Origin: an uncultured Actinomycetota bacterium
GTDB lineage: Bacteria > Actinomycetota > Actinomycetes > Propionibacteriales > Nocardioidaceae
NCBI GenBank assembly: GCA_963761285.1
Contig: CAVXGJ010000008.1
Span: 86,062 to 150,061 of the forward strand
DNA length: 64,000 nucleotides
Direction: 5' to 3'
The position numbers and the translations under genes were made by a program. How positions within the stretch are numbered: the first letter of the stretch is position 1; each line of letters starts with the position of its first letter. Below the pieces are notes generated by a model. It worked only from the letters and a program-made list of their open reading frames with translations. It searched no databases and was not told the DNA's origin. Below are positions 49,003 through 57,448 of the stretch, piece after piece.

Positions 49003-49301
49003 AGGCGCTCCCACATCGCCAGGTTGGCGCGCACCGCCGCGCCGTAGTTGGTGCGTGCGGTGCTCGCCGCCGTACGCATCGCCGCCAGGCCCTCGCGCAT
49101 CGTCGCGAAGCCGGTCTCCCACCGCGCCTGCGCCTCGAGCTGGGCAGCAGCTGCCTGTCCCTCCCAGGTCAGGTGCAGCCGACCTACTTGGCGCACGACG
49201 TCGTCCAGCGCCCGGTCGCACTCCTCCTCGCAGGCGACGAGGCTCTCGATGGTCTGCGCGAGCAGGTCCAGGTCCACGGCGTACGCCGCCGGGTGGCTCA
49301 T
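48999..49301 (-). CDS. esxE: WXG100 protein, EsxE-like
   Basis: 100 aa; RLHLTWEGQAAAAQLEAQARW...NYGAAVRANLAMW. Confidence 0.8.
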   Translation of the reverse strand: MSHPAAYAVDLDLLAQTIESLVACEEECDRALDDVVRQVGRLHLTWEGQAAAAQLEAQARWETGFATMREGLAAMRTAASTARTNYGAAVRANLAMWERL

Positions 49302-49627
49302 CCGAGGCGCTCCACGAGCCGGCGGGTCAGCGAGACCAGGGCGGTGCGCGCGGAGTCGTCGGCGCCGTCGGCCTCGGCGCCGGCGTCGACGATCAGTGCC
49401 GTCAGGCTCCGCAACGCGCCCAGGACCTCGTCGCAGCCGAGGCGCCACTCCTCCCAGCCCTCGAGGTAGGAGCGCGCCGCGGCGCCGGACCAGCCGCCGT
49501 CGAGGAGCACGTCGACCTGGCGCTCGGTGACCCGTCGGCGCCGCTCGAGGTCGTCGCTCACCCGCTGCAGGGCTGCGACGGTGGCGGCGAGGTCAGGGTG
49601 GCTGAGCTGGAGGAGGGGGTGGGTCAT
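49298..49627 (-). CDS. esxF: WXG100 protein, EsxF-like
   Basis: 109 aa; GGWSGAAARSYLEGWEEWRLG; RBS GGGAG. Confidence 0.75.
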   Translation of the reverse strand: MTHPLLQLSHPDLAATVAALQRVSDDLERRRRVTERQVDVLLDGGWSGAAARSYLEGWEEWRLGCDEVLGALRSLTALIVDAGAEADGADDSARTALVSLTRRLVERLG

Positions 49628-49662
49628 GGGAGCTCCCGAGTGAGTCCGTGGGTGACGCCTCC

Positions 49663-49717
49663 AGCCTGACCCGGATCGAGGGCTCGGAAGCGGCCCGCGG
49701 AGCAATCTGTGGATAAC
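49663..49717 (-). promoter_or_regulatory. DnaA-box-type motif plus -10 for the esx operon
   Basis: Minus strand GTTATCCACAGATTGCTCCG (from 49717); CAGGCT starts at 49668, 48 nt from the box. Confidence 0.7.
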
Positions 49718-49747
49718 TCCGGACTTCGTCCTGGCACACTGACCCCC

Positions 49748-50725
49748 ATGCCGGACGACTTCGTCATCGCCCGCAACCCCGACGGCGACTCAGCGCTGCC
49801 CTACCTGCTGCGGATCCCGCTCGGCGACGACGGGATCGTGCTGAAGTCGCGCGAGACCTGGCCGCGCACCACGAAGGTCTACTGCCATCGTGTCGAGGCC
49901 TGGCCCGAGGACGCCGAGGTGATCGAGCGGGTGCCGGTGCGCAGCTGCATCCGACGCGGGGCCTCGATCGACCTGGTGCTCGACCGGGGCCGGGAGAACC
50001 GGTCGCAGCTCGTGATGACCCGGATCCGTGGTGGCCGGCAGGCGATCTTCTGGCAGACCGCGCGCACCGCCAAGCAGGCTCGCCCGGCGGTGGCGGTGCC
50101 GCGCGCTCGCGCGTCGGGGCTCACCGGGCAGGCAGGCCTCGAGATCGTCGTCGACTCCCACGAGCGCTACGCCTACAGTTTCGCCGACCAGCAGGTCGTC
50201 ACCCGCAAGGCGGGGCTCTCGGCCGGTGACTACGGGGTGGTGCGCGACGAGGTGCTCATCGCCTCGGTCGAGCGCAAGAGCCTGGTCGACCTCGTCTCGT
50301 CGCTGACCTCCGGCAAGCTGAAGTACCAGCTCGCCGACCTGTCCAGCGTCCCGCGGGCAGCCGTCGTGGTCGAGGAGCGCTACTCGGCGATCTTCAAGCT
50401 CGACCGGGTGCGGCCGGCGGTGGTGCTCGACGGCCTCGCCGAGTGTCAGGTGCGCTGGCCGCAGGTGCCGATCCACTTCTGCGAGACCCGCAAGCTCGCC
50501 GCCGAGTGGACCTACCGCTTCCTGGCCGCCGCCTCGGTCGCGGCGGGGGAGGACGACCACGGCGCGGAGGTCGTCTCCACCCTCAGCACCCCGCCGCCGC
50601 TGGCCGCCGCCCCGGCGACGCCGGCGGAGATCAGGAGCTGGGCGGCGAGCAACGGCTACGAGGTCTCCGACCGGGGGCGGGTGCGCCGCGAGGTCGTCGA
50701 GGCCTTCGAGCGCTCGCGCGGCTGA
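49748..50725 (+). CDS. ERCC4-type nuclease with C-terminal Lsr2-like DNA-binding domain
   Basis: VVDSHE, AGDYG, VERKSLVDL; AEIRSWAASNGYEVSDRGRV; CACACT -10 7 nt before ATG. Confidence 0.85.
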   Translation: MPDDFVIARNPDGDSALPYLLRIPLGDDGIVLKSRETWPRTTKVYCHRVEAWPEDAEVIERVPVRSCIRRGASIDLVLDRGRENRSQLVMTRIRGGRQAIFWQTARTAKQARPAVAVPRARASGLTGQAGLEIVVDSHERYAYSFADQQVVTRKAGLSAGDYGVVRDEVLIASVERKSLVDLVSSLTSGKLKYQLADLSSVPRAAVVVEERYSAIFKLDRVRPAVVLDGLAECQVRWPQVPIHFCETRKLAAEWTYRFLAAASVAAGEDDHGAEVVSTLSTPPPLAAAPATPAEIRSWAASNGYEVSDRGRVRREVVEAFERSRG

Positions 50726-50755
50726 CCGCTCACCAGCCCTCCGGATAATGGGGAC

Positions 50756-51424
50756 GTGCTCCCTTCTCGCTCCACGACCTCACCCACCGGCGCCCGACTG
50801 GTCGCGGTCGCCCGCCCCACCACGCCGAGCGGCGTGGTGCTCGTCCTGCACGGCGGCGCCCAGCGTCAGGTGCCGACCCCGGTGCGATCGACCCAGCTCT
50901 CGGTGCTGCGGATGATCCCGATCGCGCGCGCGATAGCCCGAGCGGGCCGCGGACGGCTGGCGGTGCACCGGCTCCTCAACTCCCGCCGCGGGTGGGACAG
51001 CGAGCAGCAGCCCACCGGTGACGTCGACTGGGCGTTGGCTGAGCTCCACGCTGCGTACGGCGACGTGCCCGTCGTGCTCGTCGGGCATTCGTTGGGCGGC
51101 CGAGCCGCGCTGGTGGCCGCCGCAGCAGACCCCGTCGTCACCGGGGTGGTGGCGCTGAACCCCTGGCTCTACCCCACCGACGATGCGCCCCTCGAAGGAC
51201 GCTCGGTGCTGATCGTGCACGGCGACGCCGATCGCATCGCGCCGCTGGAGCGCGCCCGCTCCGTGGCCCGCCGCCTCGCCGGGCGCACCGACGTCGACCT
51301 CGTCGTCGTACCCGGTGGCAAGCACGCGATGCTCAGCCACGCGGGCGCCTTCACGCGGCCCACGACCGACTTCGTGACCCGCACGCTGCTCGGTGACCAC
51401 GACGAGACGGGCGTACGACGATGA
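50756..51424 (+). CDS. Alpha/beta hydrolase
   Basis: LHGG, GHSLGG, VHGDADR, GGKH. Confidence 0.85.
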   Translation: MLPSRSTTSPTGARLVAVARPTTPSGVVLVLHGGAQRQVPTPVRSTQLSVLRMIPIARAIARAGRGRLAVHRLLNSRRGWDSEQQPTGDVDWALAELHAAYGDVPVVLVGHSLGGRAALVAAAADPVVTGVVALNPWLYPTDDAPLEGRSVLIVHGDADRIAPLERARSVARRLAGRTDVDLVVVPGGKHAMLSHAGAFTRPTTDFVTRTLLGDHDETGVRR

Positions 51425-51903
51425 GGGTCGTGGTCGGCGGGGTGTCGGGCTCGGGCAAGTCGACCGTGGGCGCTGCCCTGGCCGAGCGCCTCGGCGTGCC
51501 GTTCTGCGACGGCGACGACCTGCACCCGCGCGCCAACGTCGAGAAGATGCGCTCGGGCGTGCCGCTCGACGACACCGACCGCAAGCCCTGGCTGATCGCG
51601 ATCGGTGCGTGGTTGGCCGAGCACGACGGGGTGGTGGCCTCCTCGGCGCTGCGCCGGGCCCACCGCGACCTCATCCGGGCGCAGGCTCCGGATGTCGAGA
51701 TGCTGCTCCTGCACGGCGACCCGGACCTGATCCGGGAGCGCCAGGCCGCTCGGGGCCAGCACTTCATGCCGACCGGGCTGATGGGGTCGCAGTTCGCGAC
51801 CTTCGAGCCGCTCGAGCCCGACGAGGCCGGCACCACCCTCGACGTGGCGAACGACATCGAGAGCCTGGTGACGGCCGGTGTCGAAGCGCTGGGTCAGGCC
51901 TGA
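51421..51903 (+). CDS. Gluconokinase (GntK/IdnK family)
   Basis: GVSGSGKST, DGDDLHP, PLDDTDR, HFMP..L..SQFATFE. Confidence 0.9.
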   Translation: MRVVVGGVSGSGKSTVGAALAERLGVPFCDGDDLHPRANVEKMRSGVPLDDTDRKPWLIAIGAWLAEHDGVVASSALRRAHRDLIRAQAPDVEMLLLHGDPDLIRERQAARGQHFMPTGLMGSQFATFEPLEPDEAGTTLDVANDIESLVTAGVEALGQA

Positions 51904-52685
51904 CAGACCGGGCACCAGAAGAGCGTGCGCGCCTCCATGGCAGCGCTCGCGACGGCGGTCCCGCAACGCCGGCACGGAGATCCGGCGCGACCGTAGACGT
52001 AGGAGGCATCGACGCGGCGCGGGCGACCGGCGGGACGTTCGCGGTCGTCGGGCTCGGTCGTGATGATCCGCCCCGAGCGGGCGCCGGCTCGCATCAGGAC
52101 GACGAGGTCCTCCCACAGGGCGTGCCAGACCTCCACGGGCAGGTCGCGACCTGCGAGGAACGGGCTCACCCCGTGGCGGAACAGGATCTCGGCGCGGTAG
52201 ACGTTGCCGACGCCGGCGAGCACGGCCTGGTCCATCAGCAGCCCGCCGATGGCCCTCCGGCTCCGCGCGATCCGGGCGAAGGCAGGGGAGGGGTCGGTGC
52301 CCGGTCGGAGCGGGTCGGGGCCGAGTCGGGCCAGGACCAGGTCGCGTTCGGCGTCGGAGAGCACCTCGCAAGCGGTCGGGCCGCGCAGCTCGAGCCAGCG
52401 GCCCGGGGCCAGGAGGCGCAGACGCAGCGCTCCGACGGGTTCGGGGGCCTCGCCCGTGCCGTCGCGGAACTTCCCGTAGAGCCCGAGGTGGACGTGCAGC
52501 CACAGGTCGCCGTAGCGGTGGAAGAGGTGCTTGCCCCACGCCTCCGTGGCATCGAGGGTCTGCCCGTCGATGAGGGCAGCTCCTTCGGCGAAGCGGCCCT
52601 GCGGGCTCGAGGCCCGCACCCGTAGCCCTACCAGCTCACGCCGGTGCCGGCGGGCGAGCCGGTGGATCGAGTGGCCTTCGGGCAT
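51894..52685 (-). CDS. Fpg/Nei-family DNA glycosylase/AP lyase
   Basis: MPEGH start, GKHLF, HLGLYG, AGVGNVY, CxxC...CxxCQ zinc finger. Confidence 0.92.
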   Translation of the reverse strand: MPEGHSIHRLARRHRRELVGLRVRASSPQGRFAEGAALIDGQTLDATEAWGKHLFHRYGDLWLHVHLGLYGKFRDGTGEAPEPVGALRLRLLAPGRWLELRGPTACEVLSDAERDLVLARLGPDPLRPGTDPSPAFARIARSRRAIGGLLMDQAVLAGVGNVYRAEILFRHGVSPFLAGRDLPVEVWHALWEDLVVLMRAGARSGRIITTEPDDRERPAGRPRRVDASYVYGRAGSPCRRCGTAVASAAMEARTLFWCPVCQA

Positions 52686-52764
52686 GGCGTCATCCTGCTC
52701 GATCGGCGAGTCCCCGAACGGGTGATGTGCTGGGTCCCGGGTGAGGCGGGACACGGTGGGGCCG

Positions 52765-52800
52765 TGTCGGTGAGGCTGTGTCGGTGGGGGCCTCTAGCGT
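52765..52800 (+). promoter_or_regulatory. PafBC / RecA-NDp promoter (leaderless)
   Basis: TGTCGG-N10-TAGCGT (52779-52800), second TGTCGGTG at 52765, ATG 7 nt after the -10. Confidence 0.75.
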
Positions 52801-52807
52801 GGCGAGC

Positions 52808-53503
52808 ATGGATCTGGGAGATGCCTTCGCGCTGGCCGAGGACCTTCTCGAGCACCACGGACTGACGTCGTGGACCGTGGCGTACGACGGAGCCAAGCGG
52901 CGCGCGGGCATCTGCCGGTTCGGCCCGCGCGTGATCGGGCTCAGCGCGCCGCTCACCCTGCTGCACCCCGAGGAGGAGGTGCGCGACACGATCCTGCACG
53001 AGATCGCCCACGCCCTCGCCGGACCGCGCCACGGCCACGACGAGACCTGGCGTCGGATCGCCCGCGAGATCGGGTGCAACGGCGCGCGCTGCGTCTCCGA
53101 GGATGCGCCCACGCTCGAGACCCCCTGGCTGGGCAGCTGCTCGGCCGGCCACACGGTCGGGCGCCACCGACGACCCGAGCGGGTGCTGGCGTGTCGGCAG
53201 TGCTCGCGGACCTTCCACCTCGACCACGCCTTCAGCTGGACCCACCACGGTCGACCTGCGCAGATGCATCCCAACTACGACGCCGAGCTCGACCGGCTCC
53301 GCTCCGGGCGCCGCCTCGTGGTCCTGCGCGTCGGCAGCCGCGCCCGGGTCACGCTCGCGGGTGAGCACCACGGGCTCGTCGGCAAGATCGTGAAGGTCGG
53401 CCGGACCAGCTATCAGCTGCGCGTGGGGCGCTCGCTGCTGCTGAGGGTGCCGTTCGCGGGCGTCGAGGCCGTGGCGCCGGCGCGGGCGAAGCGCCTCGCC
53501 TAG
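52808..53503 (+). CDS. SprT-like zinc metalloprotease
   Basis: KRRAGIC, TILHEIAHA, HDETW, Cys-rich segment, C-terminal KOW-like segment. Confidence 0.88.
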   Translation: MDLGDAFALAEDLLEHHGLTSWTVAYDGAKRRAGICRFGPRVIGLSAPLTLLHPEEEVRDTILHEIAHALAGPRHGHDETWRRIAREIGCNGARCVSEDAPTLETPWLGSCSAGHTVGRHRRPERVLACRQCSRTFHLDHAFSWTHHGRPAQMHPNYDAELDRLRSGRRLVVLRVGSRARVTLAGEHHGLVGKIVKVGRTSYQLRVGRSLLLRVPFAGVEAVAPARAKRLA

Positions 53504-53587
53504 AGCTGCGTCGGGCCAGGTCAGGAGGTGTCGTGCACATCTGTGGAAACGGGCATAGTTGCTTGGTCGCCGGGGTACGGACGGGTC

Positions 53588-54073
53588 GTGACGCAGCCAT
53601 CCCCACAGCCGGCGTCGATGAACCTCGATCCACCCCTTGTGGGCAGCGAGATCGAGTTCCTCGCCGGTTTCTCCTCCCGCGGACTCATCCGCCGCGTCTG
53701 GCCCGGGCAACCCAGCGCTCACTGCCCGTGGGTCGTCGCTTCGGATGGACGAAGCCTCGAGCTCGACGTCGACCTGATCGGGGAGGACCTCTCCGAGGTA
53801 GCCGCCTGGTTGCGGTTCCTGTGCCAGGAGTTCCTGGCCCCCAGCTCGCTCGATTCCCTGCACACCGCGCTGGCTCACCGGCTGCGCGGTGGACACGTGG
53901 TCTCGGGCCGGGTCGTCATGGGCGGGGTGCTCGAGGTCAGTGCCGAGGACAACCGCATCGCCGAACGGGTGCTCGTGCCCGAGCACGACGCGATCGTGCT
54001 GCCGTTCGGTGGGCCCCGCAGTGCCTCAGTCGGAGCCGGCAGCTTGCGTCAGAGCCGGCTGGCCAAGCGGTAG
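53588..54073 (+). CDS. Hypothetical protein
   Basis: Open frame with PGQPSAHCPW...WLRFL...FL...GH motif; start uncertain. Confidence 0.55.
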   Translation: MTQPSPQPASMNLDPPLVGSEIEFLAGFSSRGLIRRVWPGQPSAHCPWVVASDGRSLELDVDLIGEDLSEVAAWLRFLCQEFLAPSSLDSLHTALAHRLRGGHVVSGRVVMGGVLEVSAEDNRIAERVLVPEHDAIVLPFGGPRSASVGAGSLRQSRLAKR

Positions 54074-55242
54074 ACCTCGCGGGTCTGCTCCGCGATGGCG
54101 GTCCAGGCGAAGGACTCGATCGCTCGCTCGCGCCCGGCCCGACCGTACGACGCCGCGCGGTCGGGGTCGGCGACCAGCTCGTTGAGGGCGTTGGCGAAGT
54201 CGGCCACGTAGCCCTCGGGGTCGAGCGGGGTGCCGGTGCCGTCGTCGGACTGCTCGATCGGGACGAGGAGACCGGTGGAGCCGGGCACCACGACCTCCGG
54301 GATGCCGCCGGTCGCGGTCGCGACGACGGCGGTCTCGCACGCCATCGCCTCGAGGTTGACGATGCCGAGCGGCTCGTAGATCGAGGGGCAGGCGAAGACG
54401 GTCGCCGCGGTGAGCAGGGCGACCACGTCGGGTCGGGGGAGCATGTCGCGGATCCACACGACGCCGGTGCGGGTAGCGGCGAGGGCCTCGACCAGGGTCA
54501 CGACCTCGGCTTCGATCTCCGGGGTGTCGGGGGCGCCGGCGCAGAGCACGATCTGCACCTCCGGCGGCAGCTGGGCGACCGAGCGCAGGAAGAGCGGCAA
54601 CCCCTTCTGGCGGGTGATCCGACCGACGAACACGACCGAGGGCCGGTCCGGGTCGACCCCGAGCTCGCGCACCCGGTCGGGTGCGTGCAGCGGCGCCCAG
54701 TCGACGGTGTCGATGCCGTTGTGCACGACCTGGACCCGCTCGGGATCGATCGCGGGGTAGGACGCCAGGACGTCGTCGCGCATGGCCGCGGAGACCGCGA
54801 TCACCGCAGCCGCGGACTCGTAGGCGGTGCGCTCGGCCCAGGACGACACGGCATACCCGCCGCCGAGCTGCTCGGCCTTCCACGGGCGCAGCGGCTCGAG
54901 GGAGTGCGCGGTGACGACGTGGGGGATGCCGTGCAGCAGGCCTGCGAGGTGGCCGCCCATGTTGGCGTACCAGGTGTGGGAGTGCACGAGGTCGGCCCCA
55001 CCGCACGCATCGGCGATCCGCAGGTCGACGCCGAGCGTCGCCAGCGCCGGGTTGGCTCCTGCGAGCTCGGCCAGGTCGGCGTACGCCGTGGTGCCGGGCT
55101 CGTCACGAGCCGCGCCGAATGCGCGGACCCGGGCATCGAGCCCGTCGAGTCCGCGAAGGGCTCGCACCAGCTCGGCGACATGCACCCCCGCTCCGCCGTA
55201 GACCGCGGGTGGGTATTCCTTGCTCAGGACGTCGACTCGCAC
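54049..55242 (-). CDS. glgA: GT4 glycosyltransferase GlgA (actinobacterial, alpha-maltose-1-phosphate synthase type)
   Basis: KEYPP.VYGGAGVH, HSHTWY, GRITRQKG, YEPLGIVNLEAMAC; divergent from glgC. Confidence 0.93.
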   Translation of the reverse strand: MRVDVLSKEYPPAVYGGAGVHVAELVRALRGLDGLDARVRAFGAARDEPGTTAYADLAELAGANPALATLGVDLRIADACGGADLVHSHTWYANMGGHLAGLLHGIPHVVTAHSLEPLRPWKAEQLGGGYAVSSWAERTAYESAAAVIAVSAAMRDDVLASYPAIDPERVQVVHNGIDTVDWAPLHAPDRVRELGVDPDRPSVVFVGRITRQKGLPLFLRSVAQLPPEVQIVLCAGAPDTPEIEAEVVTLVEALAATRTGVVWIRDMLPRPDVVALLTAATVFACPSIYEPLGIVNLEAMACETAVVATATGGIPEVVVPGSTGLLVPIEQSDDGTGTPLDPEGYVADFANALNELVADPDRAASYGRAGRERAIESFAWTAIAEQTREVYRLASRL

Positions 55243-55318
55243 CCGATGAGGCTACCGCCGGAACGCGGATCGCGCTTGATGGCTGACGCGGACCCGTCAA
55301 AGGGCGTACGTTGACGGG

Positions 55319-56557
55319 GTGAGCGCGCGCCCGAAGGTCCTGGCCATTGTCCTTGCTGGTGGAGAGGGAAAGCGGCTGATGCCGCTTACCGCCGATCGAG
55401 CCAAACCCGCGGTGCCGTTCGCCGGCATCTACCGCCTGATCGACTTCGCCCTCTCGAACGTCGTCAACTCCGGCTACCTCCAGGTCGTCGTGCTGACGCA
55501 GTACAAGTCGCACAGCCTCGACCGGCACGTCACCCAGACCTGGCGGATGTCGTCGATGCTGGGCAACTACGTCACGCCGGTGCCGGCCCAGCAGCGCGTC
55601 GGGAAGCACTGGTACCTCGGCTCGGGCGATGCGATCTTCCAGTCCCTCAACCTCATCAAGGACGAGAAGCCCGACATCGTGGTGGTCGTCGGGGCCGACC
55701 ACGTCTACCGGATGGACTTCTCCCAGATGGTCGACCAGCACGTCGAGAGCGGCGCCGCGTGCACGGTGGCGGCGATCCGGCAGCCGATCGAGATGGCCGA
55801 CCAGTTCGGCGTCATCGACGTCATGCCCGACGACCCGCGCCGCATCCGCGACTTCCTCGAGAAGCCCACCAACCCGGCCGGGCTGCCCGACAGCCCCTCC
55901 GAGGTGCTCGCCTCGATGGGCAACTACGTCTTCGACGCCGACGCCCTGGTGGAGGCCGTCACCCGCGACGCGACGACCGAGGGCTCCAAGCACGACATGG
56001 GCGGCGACATCGTGCCGGCGTTCGTGCGACGCGACCAGGCGGCCGTCTACGACTACCAGGACAACGTGGTGCCCGGGACCACCGAGCGCGACAAGGGCTA
56101 CTGGCGTGACGTGGGGACCCTCGGGTCCTACTACGCCGCCCACATGGACGTCGTCTCACCGTTGCCGATCTTCAACCTCTACAACTTCGACTGGCCGATC
56201 TACACCTCCTACGGACCTCAGCCGCCGGCCAAGGTCGTGGCCTCCGGTGGCCACCAGTCGGAGATCGACGAGGCCGTGCTCTCACCCGGTGTGGTCGTCA
56301 GCGGCGGTCGGGTCAAGCGCTCGGTCCTGTCGCCGGCGGTACGGGTCGGGGAGGGTGCCACGATCGATGGCTCGGTGCTGATGAACGGTGTGATCGTGGG
56401 TGCCGGCGCGGTGGTGCGCAACGCGATCCTCGACAAGAACGTCGTCGTGCCGCCCGGCGCGCAGATCGGTGTCGACGCGGACGCCGACCGGGCGCGGGGG
56501 TTCCTCGTCGAGGACGGGTTGACCGTGCTGGGCAAGGACCAGGAGTTCCCGGGCTGA
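55319..56557 (+). CDS. glgC: Glucose-1-phosphate adenylyltransferase
   Basis: [35 protein letters not shown], left-handed beta-helix tail. Confidence 0.96.
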   Translation: MSARPKVLAIVLAGGEGKRLMPLTADRAKPAVPFAGIYRLIDFALSNVVNSGYLQVVVLTQYKSHSLDRHVTQTWRMSSMLGNYVTPVPAQQRVGKHWYLGSGDAIFQSLNLIKDEKPDIVVVVGADHVYRMDFSQMVDQHVESGAACTVAAIRQPIEMADQFGVIDVMPDDPRRIRDFLEKPTNPAGLPDSPSEVLASMGNYVFDADALVEAVTRDATTEGSKHDMGGDIVPAFVRRDQAAVYDYQDNVVPGTTERDKGYWRDVGTLGSYYAAHMDVVSPLPIFNLYNFDWPIYTSYGPQPPAKVVASGGHQSEIDEAVLSPGVVVSGGRVKRSVLSPAVRVGEGATIDGSVLMNGVIVGAGAVVRNAILDKNVVVPPGAQIGVDADADRARGFLVEDGLTVLGKDQEFPG

Positions 56558-56562
56558 CGGGT

Positions 56563-56646
56563 GGTCGAAACGGCACAATTGTGCCGTTTGGACGAGGTTT
56601 TAGGGCCGCCAACCTGTCAGAACTCCACAATTGTGCCGTTCTGACC
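56563..56646. repeat. 84-bp REPIN/MITE-like element of two palindromes
   Basis: Perfect AAACGGCACAATTGTGCCGTTT (56568-56589); TCAGAACTCCACAATTGTGCCGTTCTGA (56617-56644); 21-bp near-perfect terminal inverted repeats. Confidence 0.75.
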
Positions 56647-56708
56647 GGCCCGACCCACCCCAACCGCTGCCCTCGGAACCGCTCGGCGCGCAGTACCGTC
56701 CCATCACC

Positions 56709-57236
56709 ATGCGAACTCTCGGAACCACCCTCGCCCTGACCGTGCTCTCCGCTGCGCTGCTCGTCGGCTGCGGCTCGGACGCCGACGACCAGCTGCCCGC
56801 GGACGCCACCGGGAGTGATCCCGCCGCGTCGTCGGCGCCGTCGCCCACGACGGATCCCGACCAGCCCGACCAGACCGACGGCGACGCCGAGGCGCCGGTC
56901 GACTACGAGGTGGTCGCGCTGGTGCACGAGACGGCAGCCGGCGGGCGGACCTCGCCGATGTTGACGTCGGTGGAGGAGCCGGCCGAGCTGGAGACCTTCG
57001 CCGCGCAGTTCCGCGGTGACGCCTTCGGGGAGGAGATCAGGGCCGCCGCCGACAGCTCGTATGACGGACAGCTCTGGGCCGCGGTGGTCTCGGTCGGGTG
57101 CGACGTGCCTCCGGACGTCTTCGTCGAGGAGGGCGAGGCCGGCTACCTCATCACGCCCGGCAAGGTCGTCGACCCGCTACCGGAGTGCCTGGCCGCCGTC
57201 ACCACCGTCGCGCTGGTCGCGATCGAGACGTCCTGA
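56709..57236 (+). CDS. Lipoprotein
   Basis: Lipobox LLVGC; Cys pair GCDVPP...PEC. Confidence 0.8.
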   Translation: MRTLGTTLALTVLSAALLVGCGSDADDQLPADATGSDPAASSAPSPTTDPDQPDQTDGDAEAPVDYEVVALVHETAAGGRTSPMLTSVEEPAELETFAAQFRGDAFGEEIRAAADSSYDGQLWAAVVSVGCDVPPDVFVEEGEAGYLITPGKVVDPLPECLAAVTTVALVAIETS

Positions 57237-57262
57237 CCCTGCCCTGAGCTGCCCTCGCGGAT

Positions 57263-57339
57263 CGTCAGGAATCCCCGGATATCCGGGGATTCCTGACGTT
57301 CTCAGGGAAAGCTCCCCCTGAGAACGTCAGGAGTTCCCT
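57263..57339. repeat. Interlocked palindromes (REP-like)
   Basis: Perfect 36-bp CGTCAGGAATCCCCGGAT|ATCCGGGGATTCCTGACG; overlapping GACGTTCTCAGGG/CCCTGAGAACGTC stem. Confidence 0.75.
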
Positions 57340-57364
57340 GGTCGCGGTGACAGGTGGGGCGCCT

Positions 57365-57443
57365 GGGCCAACCGGGCCAGCCGGGCCAGCCGGGCCAACC
57401 GGGCCAACCGGGCCAACCGGGCCAACCGGGCCAACCGGGCCAG
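57365..57443. repeat. 9-bp tandem repeat (VNTR), about 8.8 copies
   Basis: GGGCCA(A/G)CC units. Confidence 0.9.
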
Positions 57444-57448
57444 CGCTG

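Noticed and set aside
19720-49716. DnaA boxes as a replication origin
   Set aside because: The boxes are single and scattered over 30 kb, with no dnaA/dnaN and no dense array beside an AT-rich unwinding element.
53541-53550. GTTTCCACAGAT variant as another member of the DnaA-box promoter set
   Set aside because: Two mismatches in the 9-mer, and no -10 or gene start at the expected offset on either strand.
57365-57443. CRISPR array
   Set aside because: 9-bp head-to-tail units with no spacers and no cas genes.
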